DNA of 64,000 nucleotides, taken from the NCBI GenBank assembly GCA_963733035.1, contig CAVTBU010000009.1:96001-160000 (forward strand), read 5' to 3'. The DNA comes from Pirellulales bacterium (GTDB lineage Bacteria > Planctomycetota > Planctomycetia > Pirellulales > PALSA-1355). A model generated the notes under the pieces. The model was not told the origin of the DNA. It did not search any database and saw nothing but the letters and a program-made list of their open reading frames with translations. The position numbers and the translations under genes were made by a program. This document shows, piece after piece, positions 22,317 through 32,123 of the stretch. Within the stretch, counting starts at the first letter, position 1. Every line of letters begins with the position of its first letter.

Positions 22317-23771
22317 CTACGCCAGCATCTTTTCCACCACGTTTCCGCCGACGTCAGTCAGGCGAAAGTCACGCCCTTGGAAGCGGTAGGTGAGTTGCAG
22401 GTGGTCGAGCCCCATCAAATGCAAGATCGTCGCCTGCAAGTCGTGCACGTGGATGCGGTCCTCGACGGTGTAGTAACCAAGTTCGTCGGTGGCACCAATG
22501 GTTTGGCCGCCCTTGATGCCGCCGCCGGCCAGCCACATGGTGTAACCGTCGACGTGGTGGTCGCGGCCGATGAGGTCGCGTGGCTCGCCCATCGGCGTGC
22601 GACCGAACTCGCCGCCCCAAACGACGATCGTGTCTTCCAGTAGACCACGGGCTTTTAAGTCTTTGACCAAGGCCGCGGCCGGGCGATCGGTTTCGCGGCA
22701 ACGGGCATCGAGTGGTTCGCCGAGGTGCGTGTCGTTGTTGCCGTGATGATCCCAATCCGTGTGGTAGAGCTGCACGAAACGGACGCCGCGCTCGACAAGC
22801 CGGCGGGCGAGCAGACAGTTGTTGGCAAATGAGGGCTTGCCGGGCTCGGCTCCATAAGCCTCGAGCGTTTCCTTGGTCTCGCTGGTTACGTCGATCAGCT
22901 CCGGCGCGCTTGATTGCATGCGGTACGCCATTTCGTAGGCGGAGATTCGAGTGGCAATTTCCGGATCGCCGACCGCGGCCAACCGCTCGGCGTTGAGCGT
23001 TTGCACGGTGTTGAAGAATTCGGCCTGGCGTCGCTGGTTGACGCCCGCGGGATTCGACAGGTTGAGGATTGGCTCAGGGCCAGGAAGCAGCGGCACGCCC
23101 TGGTAGGCGGTTGGTAAAAAGCCGCTACCCCAAAGCGGATTGCCGCCGCGCGGGCCGCGAGGCCCGGATTGCAACACGACAAAACCTGGCAAGTCGCGTG
23201 ACTCGCTACCGATGCCGTACGTGAGCCAGGCGCCCATGCTGGGCATGCCGAACCGGCTGGAGCCGGTGTTCATGAACAGCTTGGCCGGGCCGTGATTAAA
23301 CACGTCGGTGACCATACTCTTGACGATGCAGACGTCGTCGACGATGGTGCCCAGTTCGGGGAGCAACTCGCTGAGCTCCGCGCCGCACTGACCGTGTTTG
23401 GCAAACTTACGCTTGGTGCCCAGCAGCTTGGCATCACCCTTGATGAAGGCAAAGCGTTTGTTCTTGGTGTATTCGGGCGGAACTACCTGGCCGTCGAGTT
23501 CCTGCAGTTTGGGTTTGTAGTCGAAAAGTTCGAGTTGACTGGGACCACCGGCCATGAACAGGAAGATCACCCGTTTTGCCTTGGGGACAAAATGGGGCTT
23601 CCGCGGCGCGAGCGGATTCCGCAGATCGGGGGGATCAATGGCGGCCTGGGTCTCGCCGGCCAACAGCGACGAGAGGGCGATGGCTCCCAAGCCGACGCCG
23701 CACTGGCCGAAGAAGTGCCGCCGTGTTGTGTGCAGCAGCTGAGTGTCGTGGGCGGCAGATTGCTGTCGCAT
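22317..23771 (-). CDS. DUF1501 domain protein
   Basis: TRRHFF; MAGGPSQLELFDYKP, CLLARRLVERGVRFVQLY, WDHH, GEFGRTP and GRDH motifs. ATG start at 23771. Confidence 0.92.
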   Translation of the reverse strand: MRQQSAAHDTQLLHTTRRHFFGQCGVGLGAIALSSLLAGETQAAIDPPDLRNPLAPRKPHFVPKAKRVIFLFMAGGPSQLELFDYKPKLQELDGQVVPPEYTKNKRFAFIKGDAKLLGTKRKFAKHGQCGAELSELLPELGTIVDDVCIVKSMVTDVFNHGPAKLFMNTGSSRFGMPSMGAWLTYGIGSESRDLPGFVVLQSGPRGPRGGNPLWGSGFLPTAYQGVPLLPGPEPILNLSNPAGVNQRRQAEFFNTVQTLNAERLAAVGDPEIATRISAYEMAYRMQSSAPELIDVTSETKETLEAYGAEPGKPSFANNCLLARRLVERGVRFVQLYHTDWDHHGNNDTHLGEPLDARCRETDRPAAALVKDLKARGLLEDTIVVWGGEFGRTPMGEPRDLIGRDHHVDGYTMWLAGGGIKGGQTIGATDELGYYTVEDRIHVHDLQATILHLMGLDHLQLTYRFQGRDFRLTDVGGNVVEKMLA

Positions 23772-23776
23772 GGCAT

Positions 23777-26290
23777 TTACTCCCGAGTGATAAACTCGTC
23801 GAGATTCAAGAGCACGCGGGCCACCATCGTCCAGGCAGCCGCTTCTTCCGGTGGAGTGGACCCAAGCGGCTGCGGGGCGACCTCCAGCGCGGCGGCACGA
23901 TCGGAAACAAACTCGGTGCGCTGTGACTCCAAGTACTCGAGCAGGCGGACCAGTTCCGAGTCCGTCGGCTTGCGCACGAGAGCTTGCCGGAACGCACACT
24001 CGGCACGAGCGCGATCCCCGGCTGCCGGTTGCGCGAGGAGCTTCGCGGCAAAACCTTGAGCCATTTCGTAGAACGCCCGATCGTTTGCAAGCGTCAGCGA
24101 TTGCAGCGGCGTATTTGAGCGTGCCCGCCGCGTACAGGCAACAACGGCATCGGGAACGTCAAATGTTTTTAAGAAAGGGTAGGGACTGGAGCGCCACAAA
24201 TACGTGTACATGCCGCGGCGGTAGCGATCCTCATTCTTGTTTTCGCCCCAGAATTTCTTCTGCTGCGTGAAGCGATAGATACCCTCTGGCTGCGGTGGAT
24301 AGACGCCGGGCCCGCCGATTTCACGCGTCAATAGGCCGCTGGCAGCCAGCGACACGTCTCGAATCACTTCGGCTTCCAGCCGCAGCCGCTGTTGGCGGCC
24401 AAGCAACTTGTTGTACGGGTCGGCGGCGGCTAGATCCGCGCGCGCTCCAGACGACTGCCGGTAGGTATGACTGGTGACGATCAACCGATGCAAGGCTTTC
24501 TGACTCCAGCCCGCGGCAATGAATTCGCCGGCCAGCCAATCAAGCAAGTTGGGATGCGACGGCAGTTCGCCTTGCATGCCAAAGTCATTCTCCGTAGCGA
24601 CGAGGCCTTGACCGAAGTGTCGCTGCCAGATGCGATTGACCGTAACGCGTGGCGTTAACGGCTGGGCCGGGTCAACCAGCCAGCGGGCGAAATCGAGCCG
24701 GTCGGGACGCTTGCCGTGAACCTTCAGCGGAAGCAGCACCGCTGGCACGCCGGGTTGCACGGCCGCTCCCGTGTTGAGGAAATCACCCCGAATGTGGACA
24801 AAGGTTTCGCGCGGCTCGTCACGTTCGCGCATCACCAGGGTGGTGGTAATCTGTTCGTTGATCTGCTGTTGCTGCTGCTCGAGTTCCTCGATGCGTTTGG
24901 CCAGCGGCACACGCTCGGGATCGATCTTTTGATATTCCTTGCGCAGCAACTCAAGTTGTTCCTTGCTTCGTTCAGGGGCGGGAACGTCGATCGCAGCTAA
25001 AACTTCCGCCGCGAGCTTGAGTTTTTCGCGATTCTCGGCCGGCGTGCTGGCGACCATGGACTCCCACTCGGCCTGTCGGCTGCCGGAGTTGGCGTCGACC
25101 ATTGCCAAGCGTTCGAGTGCCTGCTTGATTTCAGCCGCCAAGGCCGGCGTTTCCTTGGCCTGCTGCTCGGTAGGCACTTGCAGCGTCGGCTCGTCGCCAC
25201 AGTTGAAAATGGCAAAGAGCTGATAGAACTCGCGCTGCGTGATCGGATCGAACTTATGGTCGTGACAACGTGCACAACCAAGCGTTAGGCCCAGAAACGT
25301 GGACCCGATTGTGCTGATGCGGTCGACCACGGCCTCGACGCGGAATTGTTCCTGATCGGTACCACCTTCCTCGTTGACCATCGTGTTGCGCTGGAATCCA
25401 GTGGCAATTCGCTGCTCTCGGGTTGCATCCGGCCGCATGTCGCCGGCGAGTTGATCAATGGCGAACTGATCGAACGGCAGATCGCGGTTAAGGGCATCAA
25501 TGACCCAATCGCGATACTTCCAAATCGATCGTGCACCGTCGATCGTATAGCCGTTCGAATCGGCATAGTGGGCGATATCAAGCCAATGTCGCCCCCAACG
25601 CTCGCCGTAGTGCGGGCTGGACAGCAAGCGGTCAACCAATCGCTCGTAGGCTTCGTCATGTGTATCGGCCAAAAACGCGTCGACTTGTTCAATCGTGGGG
25701 GGGAGGCCCGTCAGATCGAGGCTCACTCGGCGGATCAACGTCGCCTTGTCGGCCTCGGGCGACGGCTCCAAATTGGCGGCCTCGAGCCCGGCAAGGATGA
25801 AGGCATCGATCGGATTTCGCACGAGCTGTGCATGTCTGACAGCGGGCACCTCGACATGGGCGAGCGGCTGAAACGACCAGTGATCGCTTTGACGCTGCAC
25901 AGCAAGCGGATCCGCATCCGCCGGAGCCGTCGCGCCGGCGTCGATCCAGCGCCGCAGAACGGCAATTTCGGCGGTTGATAACGGTGGGCCGTCCGGGGGC
26001 ATCTTGGCCACGGCATCGCCGTCGCCGCACACGGCCTGGATCAGCAGGCTTTTGCCGCTGTCGCCCACAACGATGGCCGGTCCACTATTGCCTCCCAGCA
26101 ACCGTGTGTCGGCGCGGTCGAGCCGAAGGCCGGACTCCTGTGTATCGGCGCCGTGGCATTCAAAACAGTGTTGCGACAGAATTGGTTGCACGTCGCGGAC
26201 GAAGTCGACGTCGGTCGCCAACACCGGGAACGCCCACATTGCCGTGCAGGCTATCATCACCAAGCGCGTTGTCCGGGGAAAGGCTGACAT
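23777..26290 (-). CDS. PSD1 and planctomycete cytochrome c domain protein (DUF1549/DUF1553)
   Basis: CFECH and CARCHDH heme motifs; HWSF, RRVSLDLTGLPP, YGERWGRHWLD, RVTVNRIW, TPLQSL and LNLDEFITRE motifs; upstream of DUF1501. Confidence 0.93.
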   Translation of the reverse strand: MSAFPRTTRLVMIACTAMWAFPVLATDVDFVRDVQPILSQHCFECHGADTQESGLRLDRADTRLLGGNSGPAIVVGDSGKSLLIQAVCGDGDAVAKMPPDGPPLSTAEIAVLRRWIDAGATAPADADPLAVQRQSDHWSFQPLAHVEVPAVRHAQLVRNPIDAFILAGLEAANLEPSPEADKATLIRRVSLDLTGLPPTIEQVDAFLADTHDEAYERLVDRLLSSPHYGERWGRHWLDIAHYADSNGYTIDGARSIWKYRDWVIDALNRDLPFDQFAIDQLAGDMRPDATREQRIATGFQRNTMVNEEGGTDQEQFRVEAVVDRISTIGSTFLGLTLGCARCHDHKFDPITQREFYQLFAIFNCGDEPTLQVPTEQQAKETPALAAEIKQALERLAMVDANSGSRQAEWESMVASTPAENREKLKLAAEVLAAIDVPAPERSKEQLELLRKEYQKIDPERVPLAKRIEELEQQQQQINEQITTTLVMRERDEPRETFVHIRGDFLNTGAAVQPGVPAVLLPLKVHGKRPDRLDFARWLVDPAQPLTPRVTVNRIWQRHFGQGLVATENDFGMQGELPSHPNLLDWLAGEFIAAGWSQKALHRLIVTSHTYRQSSGARADLAAADPYNKLLGRQQRLRLEAEVIRDVSLAASGLLTREIGGPGVYPPQPEGIYRFTQQKKFWGENKNEDRYRRGMYTYLWRSSPYPFLKTFDVPDAVVACTRRARSNTPLQSLTLANDRAFYEMAQGFAAKLLAQPAAGDRARAECAFRQALVRKPTDSELVRLLEYLESQRTEFVSDRAAALEVAPQPLGSTPPEEAAAWTMVARVLLNLDEFITRE

Positions 26291-26400
26291 CGGCGAGCGG
26301 GTCGGCTTTCTGGTGGCGCGGCGGGATTGTCGCCCGGCGGGAACGAATGGGCGACTTCAATCATCATAGACGAAACGCGGGGGGCTGAAAACCATCCGAA

Positions 26401-27405
26401 TTAGTCCGCAAGGGTTCCGTCGCCGGAGATTCGACGCCAAATCGCGGCTTGCCCCCGAGCGCTGAGCAGTTCCGTATCTTCCGGCGAAACGAGCGTCAGA
26501 TGTTTGGCCAGCCCGAGCTCCTCGAGCGCGGTGCGATAGCTGGCAGAAAGAGGTGCCGTGGCACATAGAACAATGGGTGTTGGTTCACTCGCCTCCTGCA
26601 TGAGATAGGCGAGTTCGGCACCGAGCAAAACCCCACTGAGAAACGCTCGATTTTTCGCCCCAGAGATGCCCAAAAGGAGTTGTCTCGTACGGACGCGAAA
26701 CAGCGCGGCCCCGAGAGGCAGCGACGCTCCGGCGCGAACACCGGCCCTGAGCGAATCTGCCTCGGCAAGGACCTCGGCAATACTGGCGTCTACTTGCGTT
26801 GAGTGTTGCAAGATGCTGTGCGTTGTCAGCACATCGAATAGCTCGCCAGTCATGAATGTTTGAAATGACACGAGTTGCCCATGCTCGACTAGCATGTGTT
26901 TGGAATGCGTGCCCGGCTTGATAACCCGCGCCGCTTCGGCAAGGTGTTTGGCCCCAGGCAGCGTGAACAGTCCGATCAGTTCGGTCTCTTCGCCCCGCAT
27001 CACGTCTTCGTCGGACCGGACGCCGGAAATGAGCACAACGCGGTGTGAGCCGACTTTGCTCTCCAGCGGCTCGGCGTCGCTCGACGTCAACCCGGATCCA
27101 TCGACCGGTATTGGCAGGCGGGCATAGGGCAGTTCCTGCCAACCGATCGACGAGGTGGCCATGCCGGAAACGAGGATCGGCGCGCCGGCCAGTAATTCGG
27201 GCTGATCGGCAATGAGCGGGCGAATTCCCTCGGCAAGCAGCGCACGATAGGCCGGGGACCGTTCGTCGGAACCGTGAAGCTTGGCCAGACTTGCCACGCC
27301 GTCATAGGAGCGAAATTCTGCAGTAACCTGCCAGCTATCGAGACGCACGATCCGCAACCGCAGGCGGCTGGTCCCCCAATCGCAATTGACGATGGCTGTT
27401 GGCAT
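26401..27405 (-). CDS. dgoK: 2-dehydro-3-deoxygalactonokinase
   Basis: DWGTSRLR, GMATSSIGW, DVMRGEETELIG, PGTHSKH and TFMTGELF motifs. Confidence 0.9.
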   Translation of the reverse strand: MPTAIVNCDWGTSRLRLRIVRLDSWQVTAEFRSYDGVASLAKLHGSDERSPAYRALLAEGIRPLIADQPELLAGAPILVSGMATSSIGWQELPYARLPIPVDGSGLTSSDAEPLESKVGSHRVVLISGVRSDEDVMRGEETELIGLFTLPGAKHLAEAARVIKPGTHSKHMLVEHGQLVSFQTFMTGELFDVLTTHSILQHSTQVDASIAEVLAEADSLRAGVRAGASLPLGAALFRVRTRQLLLGISGAKNRAFLSGVLLGAELAYLMQEASEPTPIVLCATAPLSASYRTALEELGLAKHLTLVSPEDTELLSARGQAAIWRRISGDGTLAD

Positions 27406-27634
27406 GCGATGAAAGATGTAACGCGACGCCGCCCCCCTGGGATCTCGGGATCGGCAAACTACCCAGTTTCACTAGGCCATCGTGGCGGGGCGAGAAACAA
27501 TGGAAATTGTCGACTAGCACGAACCGGATGGCGGAACTTTAGCCAGCCGCCGGGGTATCAATAGTCAGTGGAGTTTGACGTTCTGCTGTAAAGGCGTCAA
27601 CGGCTTCCATTTAGCTGTCCAGGTGGCATCAGGC

Positions 27635-28366
27635 ATGACTGCAAACCATCGCCGCCAGCGGGGTTTCACACTCGTCGAATTGCTGGTCGTCATCGCAATT
27701 GTGGGCATTCTGGTGGGGATGCTTCTCCCGGCGGTGCAATACACGCGTGCCGCCGCTCGTCGAGCCCAATGCCTATCGCAGCTCCACAACATCGGCATTG
27801 CAATGACGAACTACATGGATACCCACGGCCAGATGGCCCGTTTTCCGGACTGCGCTCGGATGCCCAGTATTTCAAAACGTGAAAGCATCGTGACGACGCT
27901 CGGACCTTACGTGGAACGGGGAAACCTGATCGTCGACCGCTCGGATGTCGACACGCCAACTGCCGCACCTGCTGACGACGATCCCTACGCCGATGCCAAT
28001 CCGGACGCAGACCCGACGCCAGCTCCGACAGCGCCGGGCTCAAAACGACAGTTGGAACACGACCCGATTTTCCGCTGCCCGAGCGACGACATGGTTTACC
28101 GAGATGAGGCCCTGGCGAGTATTTCGAAACCGGCCGAATCGATGAGCTATTACGAAGCTGAGGGGACAAGCTACGAGTACAACGACCGGGATCTGGCCTG
28201 GAAAACTCGCCCTCAGGTTTGCACCTATCGCCGCCGTGGAGTAGAGATCCAGCGCAGCAGCGCCACGGTGTGGATCGCCTACGATTTCGACCACTTCCAC
28301 GGTTCAAAAGGCGAAGACGGCGCACGGTGTTTCGTTTATATGGACGGCCATGCCGACTCGAAGTAA
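27635..28366 (+). CDS. Prepilin-type N-terminal cleavage/methylation protein (DUF1559-like, C-terminal H-X9-DG-type motif)
   Basis: [40 protein letters not shown] and C-terminal H...FVYMDGH. Confidence 0.92.
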   Translation: MTANHRRQRGFTLVELLVVIAIVGILVGMLLPAVQYTRAAARRAQCLSQLHNIGIAMTNYMDTHGQMARFPDCARMPSISKRESIVTTLGPYVERGNLIVDRSDVDTPTAAPADDDPYADANPDADPTPAPTAPGSKRQLEHDPIFRCPSDDMVYRDEALASISKPAESMSYYEAEGTSYEYNDRDLAWKTRPQVCTYRRRGVEIQRSSATVWIAYDFDHFHGSKGEDGARCFVYMDGHADSK

Positions 28367-28393
28367 CCGGTTGGCGGAAAGCGAACAACGCAC

Positions 28394-28999
28394 ATGAACA
28401 ATTCCAGGGTGATTCGACGACCAGTAGCGACACGTAGCGCAACGAAGGAAAAAACGGGCGGCAGAGGCAAGTGGATTGCCGCCGTACTACTTCTATTGCT
28501 GATGGCGGGGATCGCCTACGCGTTCTACCCCAGCCGCGACCCGGCGCTGGCGCGCATTGACGAAATTCGAGCCCAGATGGATGGTGCCAGTGATGCCCAG
28601 CGACGCGAACTCTGGGGCGAAATGCGCAAGCAGTTCGAAAACCTGTCGCCCGAAGCGCGTGACCAGATGCGCGAGAATTGGGGACAGCGTCGCGAAACCC
28701 GCGAGGGACAACGCCTAAGCGAGTTCTTTGCACTCTCGCCGCAAGAGCAGATCAAGAAGCTCGACGAGGACATCAAGCGCGACGCACAACGCCGTAGGCA
28801 GTGGGCGCAGCGGTCTGGCAACGGCGGCCAAGCGGGTCGTGGGGGACCCGGTGGAGGGCGAGGGCGAGGCGGAAATAACAGCGGCGATCCCAACGCCCGG
28901 CGCAAGAGCTATCTGGATAATTCGTCCGCCATGTCGCGAGCGATGCGCGGCGAATACCGCCGAATGCGAGACGAACGCAGCAAGCAACTTGGCTTGTGA
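28394..28999 (+). CDS. Hypothetical membrane-anchored helical R/E-rich protein
   Basis: One TM segment (WIAAVLLLLLMAGIAYAF), charged helices and a Gly-rich loop; 27 bp after the prepilin-like gene. Confidence 0.75.
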   Translation: MNNSRVIRRPVATRSATKEKTGGRGKWIAAVLLLLLMAGIAYAFYPSRDPALARIDEIRAQMDGASDAQRRELWGEMRKQFENLSPEARDQMRENWGQRRETREGQRLSEFFALSPQEQIKKLDEDIKRDAQRRRQWAQRSGNGGQAGRGGPGGGRGRGGNNSGDPNARRKSYLDNSSAMSRAMRGEYRRMRDERSKQLGL

Positions 29000-29144
29000 T
29001 GTTTCGCGATCCAGAGCTTTCGGCTACGAATTGCCGTTGACTCACAGAAGGTGCTGCCTCTAAACTCCGCCCCCTCCCGGTTCTCGCGTGATCGACAACG
29101 CGAAACGAAGAACCGGCACTGACAGTCTTCATGGGGACGTTTCG

Positions 29145-29381
29145 ATGCGGCTGCTGATTTTTCTCGGTGTCTTGGCAGTGATTGGTCTCGTTGTTACCGG
29201 CGCAATCAAGTTGCAACGGACCGACGACAACACCATTACGATTCAGATCGACAAAACGCGCGTCAAGCAAGAGGCCAGGACTGTCGTGGATAAAGGCGAG
29301 GCCGTGCTGGAAGGCGCCAGTTCCGCGGTGCGCGAAGCCGCCCGCCAACCAGAGGCCAGTCAAGATCCCGTTTCGCGTTAA
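29145..29381 (+). CDS. Small exported/membrane-anchored hypothetical protein
   Basis: MRLLIFLGVLAVIGLVVTGAI N-terminus; GGGGA upstream; amphipathic C-terminus. Confidence 0.65.
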   Translation: MRLLIFLGVLAVIGLVVTGAIKLQRTDDNTITIQIDKTRVKQEARTVVDKGEAVLEGASSAVREAARQPEASQDPVSR

Positions 29382-29635
29382 TCCTGGTCGTCCACCTCGC
29401 CGGATTCGAACTCTCGTGAGATTGCCGCCACACGTCGGCGGCCGAAGCAACTCGCAGTTGCCGGCTTCTCCCTGCGCCGGCGAACTTTTTTCATGCCTCG
29501 CGGCCGCAAAAAAACCTTGTCTGAGGCTGGTATCAGCCCCCTCTGACAAGTATCTTGGCCGCATGGGAATACGGTCCGAGGCGGTGCCGCTCCGCCCTCT
29601 GACGCGGCGTCCCGAAACAGCAGAGGCGAGAGGCC

Positions 29636-32041
29636 ATGCACCACCGCGACTCAGGGACAGGCTTGCGCCGACGAAACAATGAGGGAGGCCGCCAGCGCCG
29701 CTTGCTGATCGAGCTGCTCGAAGAGCGCCGCGTGTTGGACGCAGCGAGCCCCGCCAGCCTGGGGACAGCCGAGCCGGCGGCCAGTCTGGAGAAGCCGTGG
29801 CAAAATGACGTCTACCGATTGGACGTCAACAACGACGGCGTCACCAGTACCAATGATTTGCTCGTCGTGATAAACGCCATTCTGAATGGCAAGACCGGCG
29901 CACTGCCGGTGCCCCCTTCCGAACCGGTCGAATTGTTTTACGACACCAACGGCGACAATCGGCTGACATTCGCCGATTTGCTCGGAATCGTCAACGGGCT
30001 TTTGCAGCCGCCAGTTGTCGAAACGACAACCTTGACGAACTTTACCGTTGATGTCACGCCGCAGGTAACCGTCAAGACCACTGTCGCCGGCACCGGACAA
30101 TTGCCAGACGGAACAACAGTCTTCCTGGACGTCGACCTGAACAACGACGGCGACTTTGCGGATCCAGGGGAAATGGCGCACACCCAATCGACACTCTATC
30201 AGGGACAGTCGGTGTTCTCACTTACGCCGGCGCTCGCGCGGGACAACACCGCGACCTACACCGTGCAGTTGCGGGCGCGGGTGCAGAATAGCAACGGCGT
30301 GTTTGGACGAAGCGACGCTTTGCCTCTGGTAGTCGATACGTTGACTTCCGACGCGCTTGCGAATTATGTCTACTCGCCCGATCCATCGTACGGATACGCG
30401 CCGTTCCCCAGTGAAACGCGGACCACCTTGTTGGGCAGCTATACGTACTACGCCATCGACATGACGAGTCAAACGTGGCGCACAGCGGACGAGGTCAACC
30501 TGCCCGTTTGGCACCATTGGCTCACGATGTATGTGCCCTCTGTTCAGACCTCCAATACGGCCATGTTGTTGATCGACGGCGGTAACAACCAAAACTTTGA
30601 CACACCGCCGGGCGCGATCGACCTGCTCGGCCAGGCGGCGGTCTCCTTGGGCACGGTGGTGGTCCATTTGAGCGACGTGCCCAGCGAACCGCTGGTGTTT
30701 GCCGATGAGACTAGCGGACGGAGCGAAGACGCGATCATCGCCTACTCGTTTGACAAGTTCATGAACAACATCGGTCAGCCTGGGAACGACACCTGGCCGG
30801 TGCTGGTGGCCATGGTAAAGAGCGCTGTGCGGGCGATGGATACCGCCCAGGCCATGGTCCCGTCGTTGACGGATTTTGTTGTCACCGGCTACTCCAAGCG
30901 CGGCTGGACGACATGGCTGACAGCCGCAGTGGATAATCGCGTGCGGGCCATTATCCCAGGCGTGTTCGACAATCTGAACCAGGGGCCACAGATGGTCCAC
31001 CACTACGGTGCGTACGGTTTCTTCTCACCGGCGGTGCAGGACTACAACGACAAGCATATTTTCGATCGCATTATCTCGCCCGCCGGGGAGCTGCTGTCGC
31101 AGATTGTCGATCCGTACCGGTACTTAAACAACGGCCGGTTCGACAACATGCCGAAGTTGCTGATCAACTCCGCAGGCGACGAGTTCTTCAACTCGGACTC
31201 AGCCCAGTTTTACTTCGACGACATTCCCGGCGACCAGAACTACCTGATCTATTTGCCCAACACAGGACACGGCCTGGATATAAACCTGAACGATCCGAAC
31301 TCTTCGGCCAGCCAGGTCGCCAGCAGCACACTGACGTTTGTCAACGCAATCTTGAATAATGATCCGCTTCCCAAGTACTCGTGGACCGTGGGCCAGGACG
31401 GCGCCATCCGTGTTGAAACCGATACCACGCCGCTCGAAGTCAGGTTGTGGCATGCCGACAATCCCGTGGCGCACGACTTCCGACATGCTTACAATCCAGG
31501 CATTTCCTGGACATACGAGACGCTCAATCCAACTGCTCCCGGCGTGTACGTGGGCAACGTGGATATGCCGGACAGCGGCGCGCGGGCGTATTTTGTGCAA
31601 TTGATTTACCCGAATACCAGCGGCAGTGTGATTCCAGTCGTTTCCGATCCATACGTGTTCACGACGGAAATCCGCATCAAGTCAACGTTGCCTCTTTATC
31701 CGTGGCCCTACGAGACGGCCTTTGGCGACGGTGCGCCGCTGACGGCGATTGCCACGGCGCTGGTTACCGAAGCCCCCCTCGCTCCGCTGGAAAACGGAAG
31801 TGTCAATGCCGTGGCAAGCGCGTTGGCGCTGGAACAAGAATCGTTTGACGGGTTGGACGACGAAGCGGACTTGACACTGCCACCACCGGCGGTTGAGCCC
31901 AGTGCATTGAAGTCCGTCGTCAGCTCGTCCGCATCGCCCGTTGAGTTGGGTGGGCCACCTAAACCAAGCATCGCGAAAACCGCCTCCGAGGACTTCTTGG
32001 ATTCCCTGGTCGACGACGCGCTGTTGGAGCTGCTCGCGTAA
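29636..32041 (+). CDS. Dockerin + PqaA-family alpha/beta hydrolase, paralog 1
   Basis: RRLLIELLEERRVLDA N-terminal motif; dockerin-like DVNNDG...YDTNGDN; MTSQTW, HHW, SEDAIIAY, MVKSAVRAMD, GYSKRGWTTW, DPY, GDEFF and PNTGH. Confidence 0.88.
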   Translation: MHHRDSGTGLRRRNNEGGRQRRLLIELLEERRVLDAASPASLGTAEPAASLEKPWQNDVYRLDVNNDGVTSTNDLLVVINAILNGKTGALPVPPSEPVELFYDTNGDNRLTFADLLGIVNGLLQPPVVETTTLTNFTVDVTPQVTVKTTVAGTGQLPDGTTVFLDVDLNNDGDFADPGEMAHTQSTLYQGQSVFSLTPALARDNTATYTVQLRARVQNSNGVFGRSDALPLVVDTLTSDALANYVYSPDPSYGYAPFPSETRTTLLGSYTYYAIDMTSQTWRTADEVNLPVWHHWLTMYVPSVQTSNTAMLLIDGGNNQNFDTPPGAIDLLGQAAVSLGTVVVHLSDVPSEPLVFADETSGRSEDAIIAYSFDKFMNNIGQPGNDTWPVLVAMVKSAVRAMDTAQAMVPSLTDFVVTGYSKRGWTTWLTAAVDNRVRAIIPGVFDNLNQGPQMVHHYGAYGFFSPAVQDYNDKHIFDRIISPAGELLSQIVDPYRYLNNGRFDNMPKLLINSAGDEFFNSDSAQFYFDDIPGDQNYLIYLPNTGHGLDINLNDPNSSASQVASSTLTFVNAILNNDPLPKYSWTVGQDGAIRVETDTTPLEVRLWHADNPVAHDFRHAYNPGISWTYETLNPTAPGVYVGNVDMPDSGARAYFVQLIYPNTSGSVIPVVSDPYVFTTEIRIKSTLPLYPWPYETAFGDGAPLTAIATALVTEAPLAPLENGSVNAVASALALEQESFDGLDDEADLTLPPPAVEPSALKSVVSSSASPVELGGPPKPSIAKTASEDFLDSLVDDALLELLA

Positions 32042-32123
32042 TCAGGGCAAAACCGGGAACCGTATCGGCCGTCGCGGCTGCCGATACCAAGGCCATCGTC
32101 CGATCATCACTGAGGAGGGGCCA

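Noticed and set aside
29516..29550. Imperfect inverted repeat CTTGTCtGAGG...CCTCtGACAAG upstream of the PqaA triplet
   Set aside because: Single occurrence, not seen upstream of the other two paralogs; too little support to call an operator.
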